Positions 19,674 to 28,406 of a DNA stretch of 64,000 bases are shown here, one piece after another. Under the pieces are notes generated by a model, which searched no databases, was not told the DNA's origin, and was given only the letters and a program-made list of their open reading frames with translations. The DNA is from Spirulina sp. GTDB taxonomy: Bacteria; Cyanobacteriota; Cyanobacteriia; Phormidesmidales; Phormidesmidaceae. A program made the translations under genes and the position numbers. Location of the stretch: the NCBI GenBank assembly GCA_044070495.1, contig JBIPSI010000005.1, forward strand, positions 115,565-179,564, written 5' to 3'. Numbering within the stretch: the first letter of the stretch is position 1; each line of letters opens with the position of its first letter.

Positions 19674-20255
19674 ATGAGCCAAGCCCTCCCGACGGAAAAC
19701 CAGCTTTTGACCTTTGAGGACTATCTGCGCCACGACGATGGCACCGATACCCGCTACGAACTGGTGAACGGAGTGCTGGTGGAAATGCCCCCAGAATCGG
19801 AAGAGAACAACGATATTGCTCGCAAGCTGTTGTTTGAGTTGGCAAAGCATCTGCCCATCTCCCTCTTGGCCTACAAAGACACCGAGATCGAAGTCACCGG
19901 GCGACGCGCCACCTGCCGAATTCCCGATCTGCTGGTGCATACCGAAGCCTCGAAGGCTGCTGTAGCTGGGACGACCCGCGCCACCATTACCCGCGATATG
20001 CCTCCCCCGGCCTTGGTGGTGGAGGTGGTCAGCCCTGGGCAGGCCAATCGCGAACGCGACTACCGCTACAAACACACCGAGTATGCGGGGCGGGGCATTA
20101 CAGAATATTGGATTGTCGATCCTGAAACCCGGCAGGTGACGCTGTGCCTGTGGGTGAACGGGCAGTATGAAGACCGGGTCTACAGCGGTGCAGAAACTTT
20201 GCAATCCACCGTAGTGCCGGGTTTTGGGCTGACGGTGGCGCAGATTTTCGGGTAG
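19674..20255 (+). CDS. Uma2 family (PD-(D/E)xK-like) putative endonuclease
   Basis: [32 protein letters not shown]. Confidence 0.92.
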   Translation: MSQALPTENQLLTFEDYLRHDDGTDTRYELVNGVLVEMPPESEENNDIARKLLFELAKHLPISLLAYKDTEIEVTGRRATCRIPDLLVHTEASKAAVAGTTRATITRDMPPPALVVEVVSPGQANRERDYRYKHTEYAGRGITEYWIVDPETRQVTLCLWVNGQYEDRVYSGAETLQSTVVPGFGLTVAQIFG

Positions 20256-20324
20256 GTGGGGAATAACCATCAGGATTAGCGGGGTTGATCGGTAGGGTTA
20301 ATCAGCGGGGTTGTGGCTCTCGGT

Positions 20325-22160
20325 CTAGGGATGGCCGTTGTTTCGGTCGTCTGGGCGCTGGGTGAGGGGCAACATAGGGTGGCTATCTAGCTTCATTGCC
20401 CCATCTAGGGAGTAGTACTGGGGGATGCCGATCTCGATGCCATTGGCTTCTAGGGCGCGTCGTACCCGTAGCCGAAACTCGCGCCCCACGGCCATGTGCT
20501 GCCCTGGTTCGGTCTGAATCCAGGTGGTGATGGTCAGGCCGCTGTGGGAGACGCTGTCAATCCCTAGAATTTTGGGGGCCGAGAGAATCTTGTCGTGCCA
20601 GAGGGGGTCGTCATAGAGGTCTTGGGCGACGGCCCGCATCACCGTTAGGGCGTGGTCGGGGTCGGTGTGGTAGGCCACATCAATGCTGAAATTCACCCGT
20701 GACCAACTGCGAGTCAGGTTTTTGACCTGGGTAATGCTGCTGTTGGGGATGGTGATCAGTTCGCCGTGGCTGCTACGAATTTGGGTAACGCGCATATTAA
20801 GGTTTTCGACTAGGCCCGTGGTCTGCGATCCCAGGTCAATGACATCGCCAATGGCGTACTGATCTTCGGCCAAAATTAGGAAGCCATTCACCAAATCTTT
20901 CACCAGGTTTTGGGAGCCAAAGGTAATGGCTAACCCCGCCAAACTGCCAATGGCAATCACCGAAGCCGTGGATAGCCCCAGCGTATTCAACCCCGACAAC
21001 ACCCCCGCCAGCAAAATCACCACGGTTGCCAGCCCTTTCATCGCCCCGGCAATGGTAGAGGTGCGCAGGTTAAGGCGTTGGCTATCACCGACCTCAATAA
21101 AATCGATCAAATCTAGGGGGTTCCAGCGGGTGATAAAGCGATCAATTAGCCTACGACTGATGCGGATTGCCAACCCCGTTACAAACCAAACCAACAGCAG
21201 AGACAGCAGCATATCTAGGATATGAAACTGGTTGCGGATGAGGTAGATGGAGACCTTGGCCAGCCAAAAGAAGCCTCCGTACAAAATCGCCATCAGTAGC
21301 CAAAACAGCAGCCATTGGAGAATTTCTAGGGCAGCCAGTTGGCGATCTAGGTTAAAGATTTGCGGTAGCCGCTGCAAAAAGTCCGTGCGCCGCAGAATGA
21401 GGGATTCCTCTACCGTTGTGCCCCCATCCCCTGGGGAAGATTCAGGGATCACCGCAAATTCAGGAATGGCAGCGTCAGGCAGCGGTGCAGACTGAAGGGC
21501 TTTTTTCTGTCGTCGCAGCCGACCTTGCGGTTTAGATAGGGCATACTTCAGAGCAATAATGCCAAAACTGCTCAGCAAAACCCCAGTCAAAATGTGATTG
21601 ATCCGACGACGGGCCGCAGGTAGTTGTTCTAGCCCACTGCGAAGTTCTGCTTCGAGGATGTCGCGCCATTCCTCCGCGAGGATATCAATGGGCTGACCAT
21701 TAAAATCGGCGTCAAATTCTGTTATCGAAAGTAAGACTAAGGGCCGAGGAAACTGATCATCTCGCACATCAATAATGGCTACATTATTGAGTTGTGACAC
21801 CTCAAACACTAGGGTTTCTGGATCCATAGGCCGCTGAAGTAAGAGCAGCAACTTGGCCTGAATTTCCTCTGCCCGTTGCTCCACGGTTTGGCGACCACTC
21901 AAACTATCCATCGAACGGTCATATACCGTGGGAGAGGCAATGGTAAAAAGATTATTTTCGCTGAGGGGAGATTGAACGGAGATCGCCTCCATGTTGCCGT
22001 AGCGCGTCACCTCTGGCGGTGGCCCGATCACCCCTTTTTGACCAAACCCCTCTGGAAAGGAGAACTGAGCCTGACTGGGCTGACCCAGGGCTAGGCTGAG
22101 AACCATCGCCAAAAGAAAGGTCAACGCTAGGGCAAAGAAACGCTTTAATGGGGTAGACAT
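20325..22160 (-). CDS. Mechanosensitive channel MscS family protein with large N-terminal extracytoplasmic domain
   Basis: GLAITFGSQNLVKDLVNGFLIL.EDQYAIGDVI, GLVENLNMRVTQIR, ITIPNS. Confidence 0.92.
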   Translation of the reverse strand: MSTPLKRFFALALTFLLAMVLSLALGQPSQAQFSFPEGFGQKGVIGPPPEVTRYGNMEAISVQSPLSENNLFTIASPTVYDRSMDSLSGRQTVEQRAEEIQAKLLLLLQRPMDPETLVFEVSQLNNVAIIDVRDDQFPRPLVLLSITEFDADFNGQPIDILAEEWRDILEAELRSGLEQLPAARRRINHILTGVLLSSFGIIALKYALSKPQGRLRRQKKALQSAPLPDAAIPEFAVIPESSPGDGGTTVEESLILRRTDFLQRLPQIFNLDRQLAALEILQWLLFWLLMAILYGGFFWLAKVSIYLIRNQFHILDMLLSLLLVWFVTGLAIRISRRLIDRFITRWNPLDLIDFIEVGDSQRLNLRTSTIAGAMKGLATVVILLAGVLSGLNTLGLSTASVIAIGSLAGLAITFGSQNLVKDLVNGFLILAEDQYAIGDVIDLGSQTTGLVENLNMRVTQIRSSHGELITIPNSSITQVKNLTRSWSRVNFSIDVAYHTDPDHALTVMRAVAQDLYDDPLWHDKILSAPKILGIDSVSHSGLTITTWIQTEPGQHMAVGREFRLRVRRALEANGIEIGIPQYYSLDGAMKLDSHPMLPLTQRPDDRNNGHP

Positions 22161-22201
22161 AGGATGAGCGGTGTATGGCAGGTTATCCCTAGAAAACACA
22201 T

Positions 22202-22837
22202 CTAATCCGCCCCAGTAACCATAATTTCGTCAAGTTTAAAGAATTCAGCATCATTCACCGAAACCAAATACTGACCATCGACAACCTGCATCAACACCTG
22301 ATCCTCAGCGTCGGTGGAGTAGAGGGTTTGGCCGTCGTAATAGAGATGGTGTGGATCGCCCCCTGGCCCCACCAGGGTTAAGGTCGCGTGGCCAGAGCCA
22401 TAGATAGCTGCGGCTTGGCACAGGCTGTCGTAGTTGGGTCGCCCTGCGGAACAGGGCACATTGCCCCCGCCCCGATGCGGCTCACTGGAAACCGTGCTGG
22501 CATCCCAGTAGACGTAGATCGAGACATCGGCGAGGCGGTAAATGACGCCATCCATACCCAACTCATCCTCGCGGGTGGCGCGGCGACCGTTTTGGTCGGT
22601 ATAGGTGGCGGGCTGGGTGCCCGATGGGGCGAGTTCGTAGGTGGTGCCGTTGCTTAGGGTGATGGTGACGTAGCCCTGTCGCTGGGAAAAGGTGCAAGCG
22701 TCGCTAGAAATGGCGCGATCTTCTCCACGGGGATACACATCGCAGCGGGCGGTGGTGGTATCGGCTTTGGCGGGGGCAACGGCTAGAAGAGCCATAATAG
22801 CGGCCCCAGAAACGAGGGAAAAGAGTTGGTTTTTCAT
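22202..22837 (-). CDS. Secreted hypothetical protein with a CTFSQRQG domain and a second small Cys-containing domain
   Basis: Signal peptide ending AKA-D; N-terminal domain homologous to 23850-24485. Confidence 0.8.
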   Translation of the reverse strand: MKNQLFSLVSGAAIMALLAVAPAKADTTTARCDVYPRGEDRAISSDACTFSQRQGYVTITLSNGTTYELAPSGTQPATYTDQNGRRATREDELGMDGVIYRLADVSIYVYWDASTVSSEPHRGGGNVPCSAGRPNYDSLCQAAAIYGSGHATLTLVGPGGDPHHLYYDGQTLYSTDAEDQVLMQVVDGQYLVSVNDAEFFKLDEIMVTGAD

Positions 22838-22884
22838 GGTTATTCCGGCAGGGTTATTCCTAAAATCTGGGAACCGTTTATGAG

Positions 22885-23091
22885 GAGCGTGATCGCCCCA
22901 GTTCCTAGTCGTCAATGGTTCTCTTTTTACCCCCGTTACTAAGGAGGTAGAGGAGTTCTTATTGCGCCTCTTAGTACCGTATTTTTTGATGAAATGAGAG
23001 CCATTGCAGATGAGCGTGATCCCCCCAATTTCTAGTAGTCAATGGTTCTCTTTTTACCCCCCTTAATAAGGGGGGCAGGGGGGATCTTATT
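22885..23091. repeat. Two ~80-bp direct repeats (22885-22963 and 23012-23091) related to palindromic family B
   Basis: gagcgtgatc...ctagt(c/a)gtcaatggttctctttttaccccc...cttatt present twice; the first copy is degenerate. Confidence 0.85.
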
Positions 23092-23101
23092 ACGTCACCT
23101 A

Positions 23102-23743
23102 CTACAAAGAACCCTCGTTGGCCATGCTGTGAAAGTAGTTGTAAAACTCCGTGCCTGTGACCACGTTGATAATCACAACCCGCCCAGTACCCTTGTCGTA
23201 CATCACCCGCACGCGGCCATCTTCGCCCACAAAAGCATTGTCCGATGTGCGATAAAGCATTCCATCAAAGGAAAACTCGCCTTCGGTGATGTAGGCGGCG
23301 ATCTGGTCGTTGTCAATTTGCGACAGGCTGGTGCGGGGTGTTGCGGAGGAGGGTTGGGAACCCTGGGAACCACTACTAGAGCCGCTGTTCGAGCTAGAGT
23401 TTCTATTCGCTTCGGTGAAGGTGTAGTTGTAGAGTTCGGTGCCCGTCATCGAATTGATGACCAGCACGTTGCCCGTATCACGGTTGTAGTTGATTTGCAC
23501 ACCGCTGGTGGTCAGGGTATAGAAGTTACCGTAGCTGCGGTGCATGATGCCATAGACCCGAAATTCGCCATCGCTAATGTCAATAGCAATTTGATTAGGG
23601 TCGCGCTGGGGCGTCATGTAGGTGCGTTCGGGCGCACTAGATTGAGCCAGAAGAATGGGAGCCGTGGGGGGTGATTCGGTGGCGGGAACGCTAGTTGCGC
23701 CCAAAAGTAAGGCCATCGCCAGAAAAATAGCTTGAGGTTTCAT
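23102..23743 (-). CDS. Secreted hypothetical protein with two internal repeats joined by a Ser-rich linker
   Basis: Signal peptide; QIA..I..GEF...G...R...N and TG.V.VIN..TGTE.YNY occur twice. Confidence 0.8.
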   Translation of the reverse strand: MKPQAIFLAMALLLGATSVPATESPPTAPILLAQSSAPERTYMTPQRDPNQIAIDISDGEFRVYGIMHRSYGNFYTLTTSGVQINYNRDTGNVLVINSMTGTELYNYTFTEANRNSSSNSGSSSGSQGSQPSSATPRTSLSQIDNDQIAAYITEGEFSFDGMLYRTSDNAFVGEDGRVRVMYDKGTGRVVIINVVTGTEFYNYFHSMANEGSL

Positions 23744-23849
23744 GGTCAATCTCACAAAGGAATGAATGTTGAAATAGGCAGTAAGGGGTGGCAGGCCTAT
23801 GCATTAAAGGTGGGCAGTGCCCTACGGATAGTTGAGGCGGCTCGGTCAC

Positions 23850-24485
23850 CTACTCCCCATCGCTGGGGAAGATGATGAAGTCGCTGCGGATCCAGCCAAT
23901 CGCCCCAGAGACTAAAAACTGCACCCGGCACCAGTTCAAGTCGCTGCCAGCGGTATCGCGGTCTGGCACACATTCCAAAATGTTGACCCGGTCACCTGCT
24001 AAGCCATAACCCACAGCACGGGAACGAGCGGACGCCTGACTGCGTAAATTGATTTGAGAGCCGCGATCATGGGCAACCAGGGTAGCCACGCGAGTACCGC
24101 TTATGCCCTGAGTAATGGGGCCAGTACCGAAAGAGGTACTTTCGTCCCAATAGACCCAGAGGTGGGAGCCATCGACAAACTCAAAAATGGTTCCCGCATT
24201 GCCTAGACCACTCTGGCGGTAGACGGCCTGACCATGCTGGTCGCGGAAATTCCCTGGCTGATTGCCGACAGGGTCAAAATCGTAACGAGCGCCATTGCTT
24301 TGCAGTTGAATGCCAATGTGCCCCTGTCGCTGGGAAAAGGTGCAGTTGCTCGATAAATAGGCGTAGTCTTCGCCGGGGGCGTATAGGTCGCAGTGGGCGG
24401 GGGTGGTATCGGCTTTGGCCGAGAGTCCCAGGCTCAAGGCCGAAAAGGTAGTCACAGCCGACAACAAAACGGTTTGAACTTTCAT
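23850..24485 (-). CDS. Secreted protein: CTFSQRQG domain plus C-terminal bacterial SH3-like domain
   Basis: Signal peptide ending AKA-D; INLRSQ...VGYGLAGDRV.IL...WCRVQF..SGAIGWIRSDFI is SH3b-like. Confidence 0.82.
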   Translation of the reverse strand: MKVQTVLLSAVTTFSALSLGLSAKADTTPAHCDLYAPGEDYAYLSSNCTFSQRQGHIGIQLQSNGARYDFDPVGNQPGNFRDQHGQAVYRQSGLGNAGTIFEFVDGSHLWVYWDESTSFGTGPITQGISGTRVATLVAHDRGSQINLRSQASARSRAVGYGLAGDRVNILECVPDRDTAGSDLNWCRVQFLVSGAIGWIRSDFIIFPSDGE

Positions 24486-24740
24486 ACTTCAACGAAACCT
24501 TTAAAACAAGTCAAGGCCAAAGCTATTGCCGAGAAAATAGGCTAGAAAACTAGATCAACTAGACAGATTCCATGCGAACCAATGTATTTCAATCGCAAAT
24601 CTGGCGTGGAGTATATCAGCCCATTCAATCGCTATACAACATATCTTAAGACCTGCTTAACAAGCCGATTCCCCCTAAGCTATTCGCGCTAATGGGTAAA
24701 TACATGAAGGGTTGATTATTTGGATGCCAATCCTTTATCT

Positions 24741-24884
24741 CAGTCAGTTAAGGCTTTTTAGGAGAATCTTCCGAGGCTAATCTTGGTTGTTTCATTTCAA
24801 GATCAAACCCAATGCTAATTTCCTTTAACTATTAACTGACTGCATCGATTAAGTCGGTCATTTAAGCACTATTTCAGTCAGTTA
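24741..24884. promoter_or_regulatory. Repeated CAGTCAGTTA motif, candidate operator in the divergent promoter
   Basis: Exact copies at 24741-24750 (+), 24833-24842 (-) and 24875-24884 (+); degenerate AAGTCGGTCA at 24851. Confidence 0.55.
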
Positions 24885-24950
24885 GTCCTTGAATGGGAGC
24901 AACTATCTTTTTCCTCGGTAAAGCTTCCTGGGCGATGTAAAGTACACACT

Positions 24951-26303
24951 ATGAACTCCGACGAACGGCAAGTGGCAAAGCGTAGGCGAGGGGTGGTACT
25001 AACCTCCCTTGGGTTAGCGCGTTTGCAAGGGGCCATTGCCCAGCTTGCCGACCAGCAAAACCAAGGTGTGCCCTACAATGCCGAAGCCTTGAGCCACCTG
25101 ACGGGAGTGTCCCCCTCCACCATTCGGCGGCTGCGGGCGGCCAAGGCGGGGATTGATCAACGCAGTTTGCAGCAAGTCTTTACAGCCCTTGCCCTAGACC
25201 TGACCAAGAGCGATTTTCGATGGATAGATCGCTCCGATGCCGAGCTAGCCGCCGAGGAGTTGGCTCAGTCCCCCTCATCCGCTGCGGCCTACCGATACCC
25301 CAGCGGCCCGATTCCCCTGGCTTCGCCGCTATACATCCTACGAGCGCCCATCGAGCAACGGGCCTTTCAAGAAATCACCCAACCGGGCTGCGTGGTGCGC
25401 ATCAAAGCGCCGCCTCAGTTTGGCAAAAGCTCACTACTGCTGCGGATTGTCCACCAAGCCCAGCAGTTAGACTACGCCACAGCCCTGATTGATTTTCAAC
25501 AGTTGGATGCCGCCATCCTCAGCGATGGGGATCGGCTGTTGCAATGGTTTAGCGCCACCCTGGCCCTCAAGCTCGGTGTGGAGGCCGACCCCGCCACCGC
25601 CTGGAACGCCATCGTCGGCAGTCAGCTCAGCGCCACCCTGTTTGTGCGGGAGCAGGTTCTCCGCACCGTGAACCGTCCCGTTTTGCTGGCGATCAACGAC
25701 CTAAGCCGCCTGTTCGAGTACCCCGCCACCGCCCAAGGATTTTTGCCGCTGCTGCGTTCGTGGTACGAAGAAGCCAGCCACGACGATCTCTGGCAACACC
25801 TGCGCCTGGTGGTCACCTATTCCACCGATAGCTACCTGCCGCTGGATATCAACTATTCCCCCTTCAACATTGGCCTGCCCCTGGCGCTGCCAGAGTTTAC
25901 GGCGGCCCAAATACTGGAATTAGCAGGACTGTATGGGCTGAACTGGGCCGATCACGAAGCCCATCAACTCATGGCTCTAGTCGGCGGGCATCCCTCCCTG
26001 GTACATGGATCCATCTACCACCTCAGCCAGGATTTGATGAGCCTGGAAGTACTCTTACAAACCGCCTGTACCCCCCAAGGCATCTACCAAGGCCACCTGC
26101 AAAAGCTACTAGCAGAGGTCAACTCACCCCAATGGGCCGAACCCCTACGGGCCTTAGTCATGGGTGAGGAGGCCATTCCCCTAGATCCCCTGCTGGCCTA
26201 CCAACTCGAAGGCATCGGCCTGATCAAAGGTTCTGCCGAGGGCTGGCAGATCAGCCGCGACCTCTACCGTCAATCCCTGCGGCAAAGGCTGGCGGTTGAT
26301 TAG
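24951..26303 (+). CDS. N-terminal HTH plus AAA_35 (STAND-like) domain protein, probable transcriptional regulator
   Basis: RRRGVVLT..G..RL and LSHLTGVSPSTIRRL (XRE-like HTH); YILRAPIE, KAPPQFGKSS, SPFNIG, GGHPSL. Confidence 0.85.
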   Translation: MNSDERQVAKRRRGVVLTSLGLARLQGAIAQLADQQNQGVPYNAEALSHLTGVSPSTIRRLRAAKAGIDQRSLQQVFTALALDLTKSDFRWIDRSDAELAAEELAQSPSSAAAYRYPSGPIPLASPLYILRAPIEQRAFQEITQPGCVVRIKAPPQFGKSSLLLRIVHQAQQLDYATALIDFQQLDAAILSDGDRLLQWFSATLALKLGVEADPATAWNAIVGSQLSATLFVREQVLRTVNRPVLLAINDLSRLFEYPATAQGFLPLLRSWYEEASHDDLWQHLRLVVTYSTDSYLPLDINYSPFNIGLPLALPEFTAAQILELAGLYGLNWADHEAHQLMALVGGHPSLVHGSIYHLSQDLMSLEVLLQTACTPQGIYQGHLQKLLAEVNSPQWAEPLRALVMGEEAIPLDPLLAYQLEGIGLIKGSAEGWQISRDLYRQSLRQRLAVD

Positions 26304-26434
26304 GTTGGTTTCGTTATGGGGCAAGCTCTACGCCGTGGGAAGCTCTTGGCGGCTGTCCCCACGGTTGCACCCATGACCTTTCCCCACCCCATAACGCCCC
26401 TACAATAGAAGTCACCATCGCCTCGCGCTGGCCT

Positions 26435-26986
26435 ATGCGATCCCCCACAACCCTCACCCCGCTAGAGGCGTTTCTGCGCCAACCCAACATCGAAGGTTCC
26501 CCTGCCTGGGAGTTTGTCAACGGGCGCGCCCAACAGAAACCCATGCCCACCCTGTTTCACTCTCGCCTTCAGCGCAATTTGGTGAATGCCATCAACAGCC
26601 AAACCACCGAGTATGAGGCCATCCAAGAGCTGCGTTGCATAGTGCCGCCCTTCTCGCCAGTGCCAGATATTGTGGTGGTGCCCAGCAACCGCCTGCCCGA
26701 AGACGATGGGCCATTACCCGGTGCCCCAGACTGGCTAATCGAAATTCGCTCCACCGATCCAAGTACGTTCGATCCAAGTACGTTGGATTTGCAAAACAAG
26801 ATTCTGCACTGCTTGAGCAATGGCACTCAACTGGCCTGGTTAATTGACCTCCAACGCCAGCAAGTTTGGGTATGGCAAGGGCAAGACCTACCAATGATTT
26901 ACGCTGGCTCAGAACTGTTGCCTGCCATTGGGGCCATTCCTAGCTTTGCGGTAGAAACAGTTATGGCCATGGCCCGACAGCGATAG
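26435..26986 (+). CDS. Uma2 family putative endonuclease
   Basis: WEFVNG...KPMP, VPDI, PDWLIEIRS, KILHCL..G.QLAWLID. Confidence 0.88.
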   Translation: MRSPTTLTPLEAFLRQPNIEGSPAWEFVNGRAQQKPMPTLFHSRLQRNLVNAINSQTTEYEAIQELRCIVPPFSPVPDIVVVPSNRLPEDDGPLPGAPDWLIEIRSTDPSTFDPSTLDLQNKILHCLSNGTQLAWLIDLQRQQVWVWQGQDLPMIYAGSELLPAIGAIPSFAVETVMAMARQR

Positions 26987-27066
26987 TCATGGTGCGGTGG
27001 CTTAGAAAGAACGTAGGGTGGCACTGCTCACTTTTTGGAATGATTGCTCTCTAAAAAATGAATCGC

Positions 27067-28080
27067 TCAAACGAATGAGACTACAGACTTGCAACAAGGA
27101 CAAACACATTCTCCTTGCAGATAAAGACGATCAAGATCAGATCGCAAAATATTGATTCTAGAATTGCAAAGCTTGCACGGCAAATCGTATTCTTTCAAAA
27201 AAAGAATTATAGGCATAGGAATTTCATCGGCTTCAAATTCCCAAAAACCCTCGATTAACCACTTTATCAAACCGATATGAGTCTTTACTTCTACAAAATC
27301 ATGGCCGTCTACAGCTCTTCTTGCCATTCTTCTCAGCAACGATTCGATCACTTGAACCGAGTGAAACAAAATAAATGGAAGAATTGCATACAGGCCTTCC
27401 CACTGTGATAATTTATTGCTTAATCCCGAGAAAATAAAGTTAAAATTTTCTGGCTCAGTTTCCAGAAACCTAAAAGTAGTAATTAAATGATTGGCTTTCT
27501 GGAAATAGTTTTCAAACGACAATTCTGAGCTTTTGCTGTATCTTATGTCATGAATGAAAGATGGCTCTATCCAGACACCCAGTGAAGTTTTTTCTAGTGC
27601 AGTCTTTATTGTTTCAATTCTATCTTTTTCGGAAATTCTGGAAATGGACAGCTGTTTTGGATCTCTAGACTCATACTTGTCGAAGAAGTCTCTTGGGTTG
27701 GCAAGTAGCCATTCGAGATAGAATAAGTTCTCCTTCATAGGCTTTCGAAGCAATGCATACGTTATCGTAAGCTTTCCTTTCCTTGAACATTCTAGAGCTT
27801 CATGTATGAAATGAAGATAGTCAGAAAGTAACGCACGAAAAATCTCTTTGTAAAAAATAATTCTTACGTCTCTTTCGTAGCCTTTGGCCCGAAACCAATC
27901 AATCAAATCTTCGCCAGATTTTCCTTCGATTTCTTGTGAGTGATTAGATTCCTTGAATCTAACTTTCGTCTCAAAAATATTTGCTTCTTCTCCCGAGCGT
28001 AGTGTTTCCACAAGTTGATCGTGAAGGAAAAAGCAATATTCATGAATTTCTTGGAACTTTTCAGGTAGAAAATTATCCAT
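27067..28080 (-). CDS. AT-rich hypothetical protein with C-terminal CxxC...CxCC zinc-ribbon-like motif
   Basis: 337-aa ORF; visibly AT-rich relative to its flanks. Confidence 0.7.
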   Translation of the reverse strand: MDNFLPEKFQEIHEYCFFLHDQLVETLRSGEEANIFETKVRFKESNHSQEIEGKSGEDLIDWFRAKGYERDVRIIFYKEIFRALLSDYLHFIHEALECSRKGKLTITYALLRKPMKENLFYLEWLLANPRDFFDKYESRDPKQLSISRISEKDRIETIKTALEKTSLGVWIEPSFIHDIRYSKSSELSFENYFQKANHLITTFRFLETEPENFNFIFSGLSNKLSQWEGLYAILPFILFHSVQVIESLLRRMARRAVDGHDFVEVKTHIGLIKWLIEGFWEFEADEIPMPIILFLKEYDLPCKLCNSRINILRSDLDRLYLQGECVCPCCKSVVSFV

Positions 28081-28406
28081 TTTCTATATTTGTTGGAAAG
28101 CGAGAACGATTTTTTCGGCAAACCATTCTTGATGGTACATGGGTAGCAATTGTCAGTTTGTGGGATGTGTTATCAGTCATCAACACCTTGCTGATTAAAA
28201 TATAGTCTTTACCCTATTTGCAACATGACGCTCACATTGATCGAGCACCCTGTTAGTATAGTAAGTAGTACATTTAGGGTGGTAGAAGCGAGATAATAGT
28301 TGCTGCCTTTTGCCAGTCAGCTTAGCGTAAGCGGCAAGCCAACAAGCCGACTAAATGACTTAACTTATTGCATAATAGAGCGATTCGCCCTGGGGATGCC
28401 CCGCCT

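Noticed and set aside
22885..23091. Direct repeats as a possible CRISPR array
   Set aside because: Only two ~80-bp units, related to a dispersed palindrome family; no cas genes or regular spacers
19674..26986. Uma2 genes as a restriction or defence system
   Set aside because: The family is highly expanded in cyanobacteria; no methyltransferase or other defence partners adjacent
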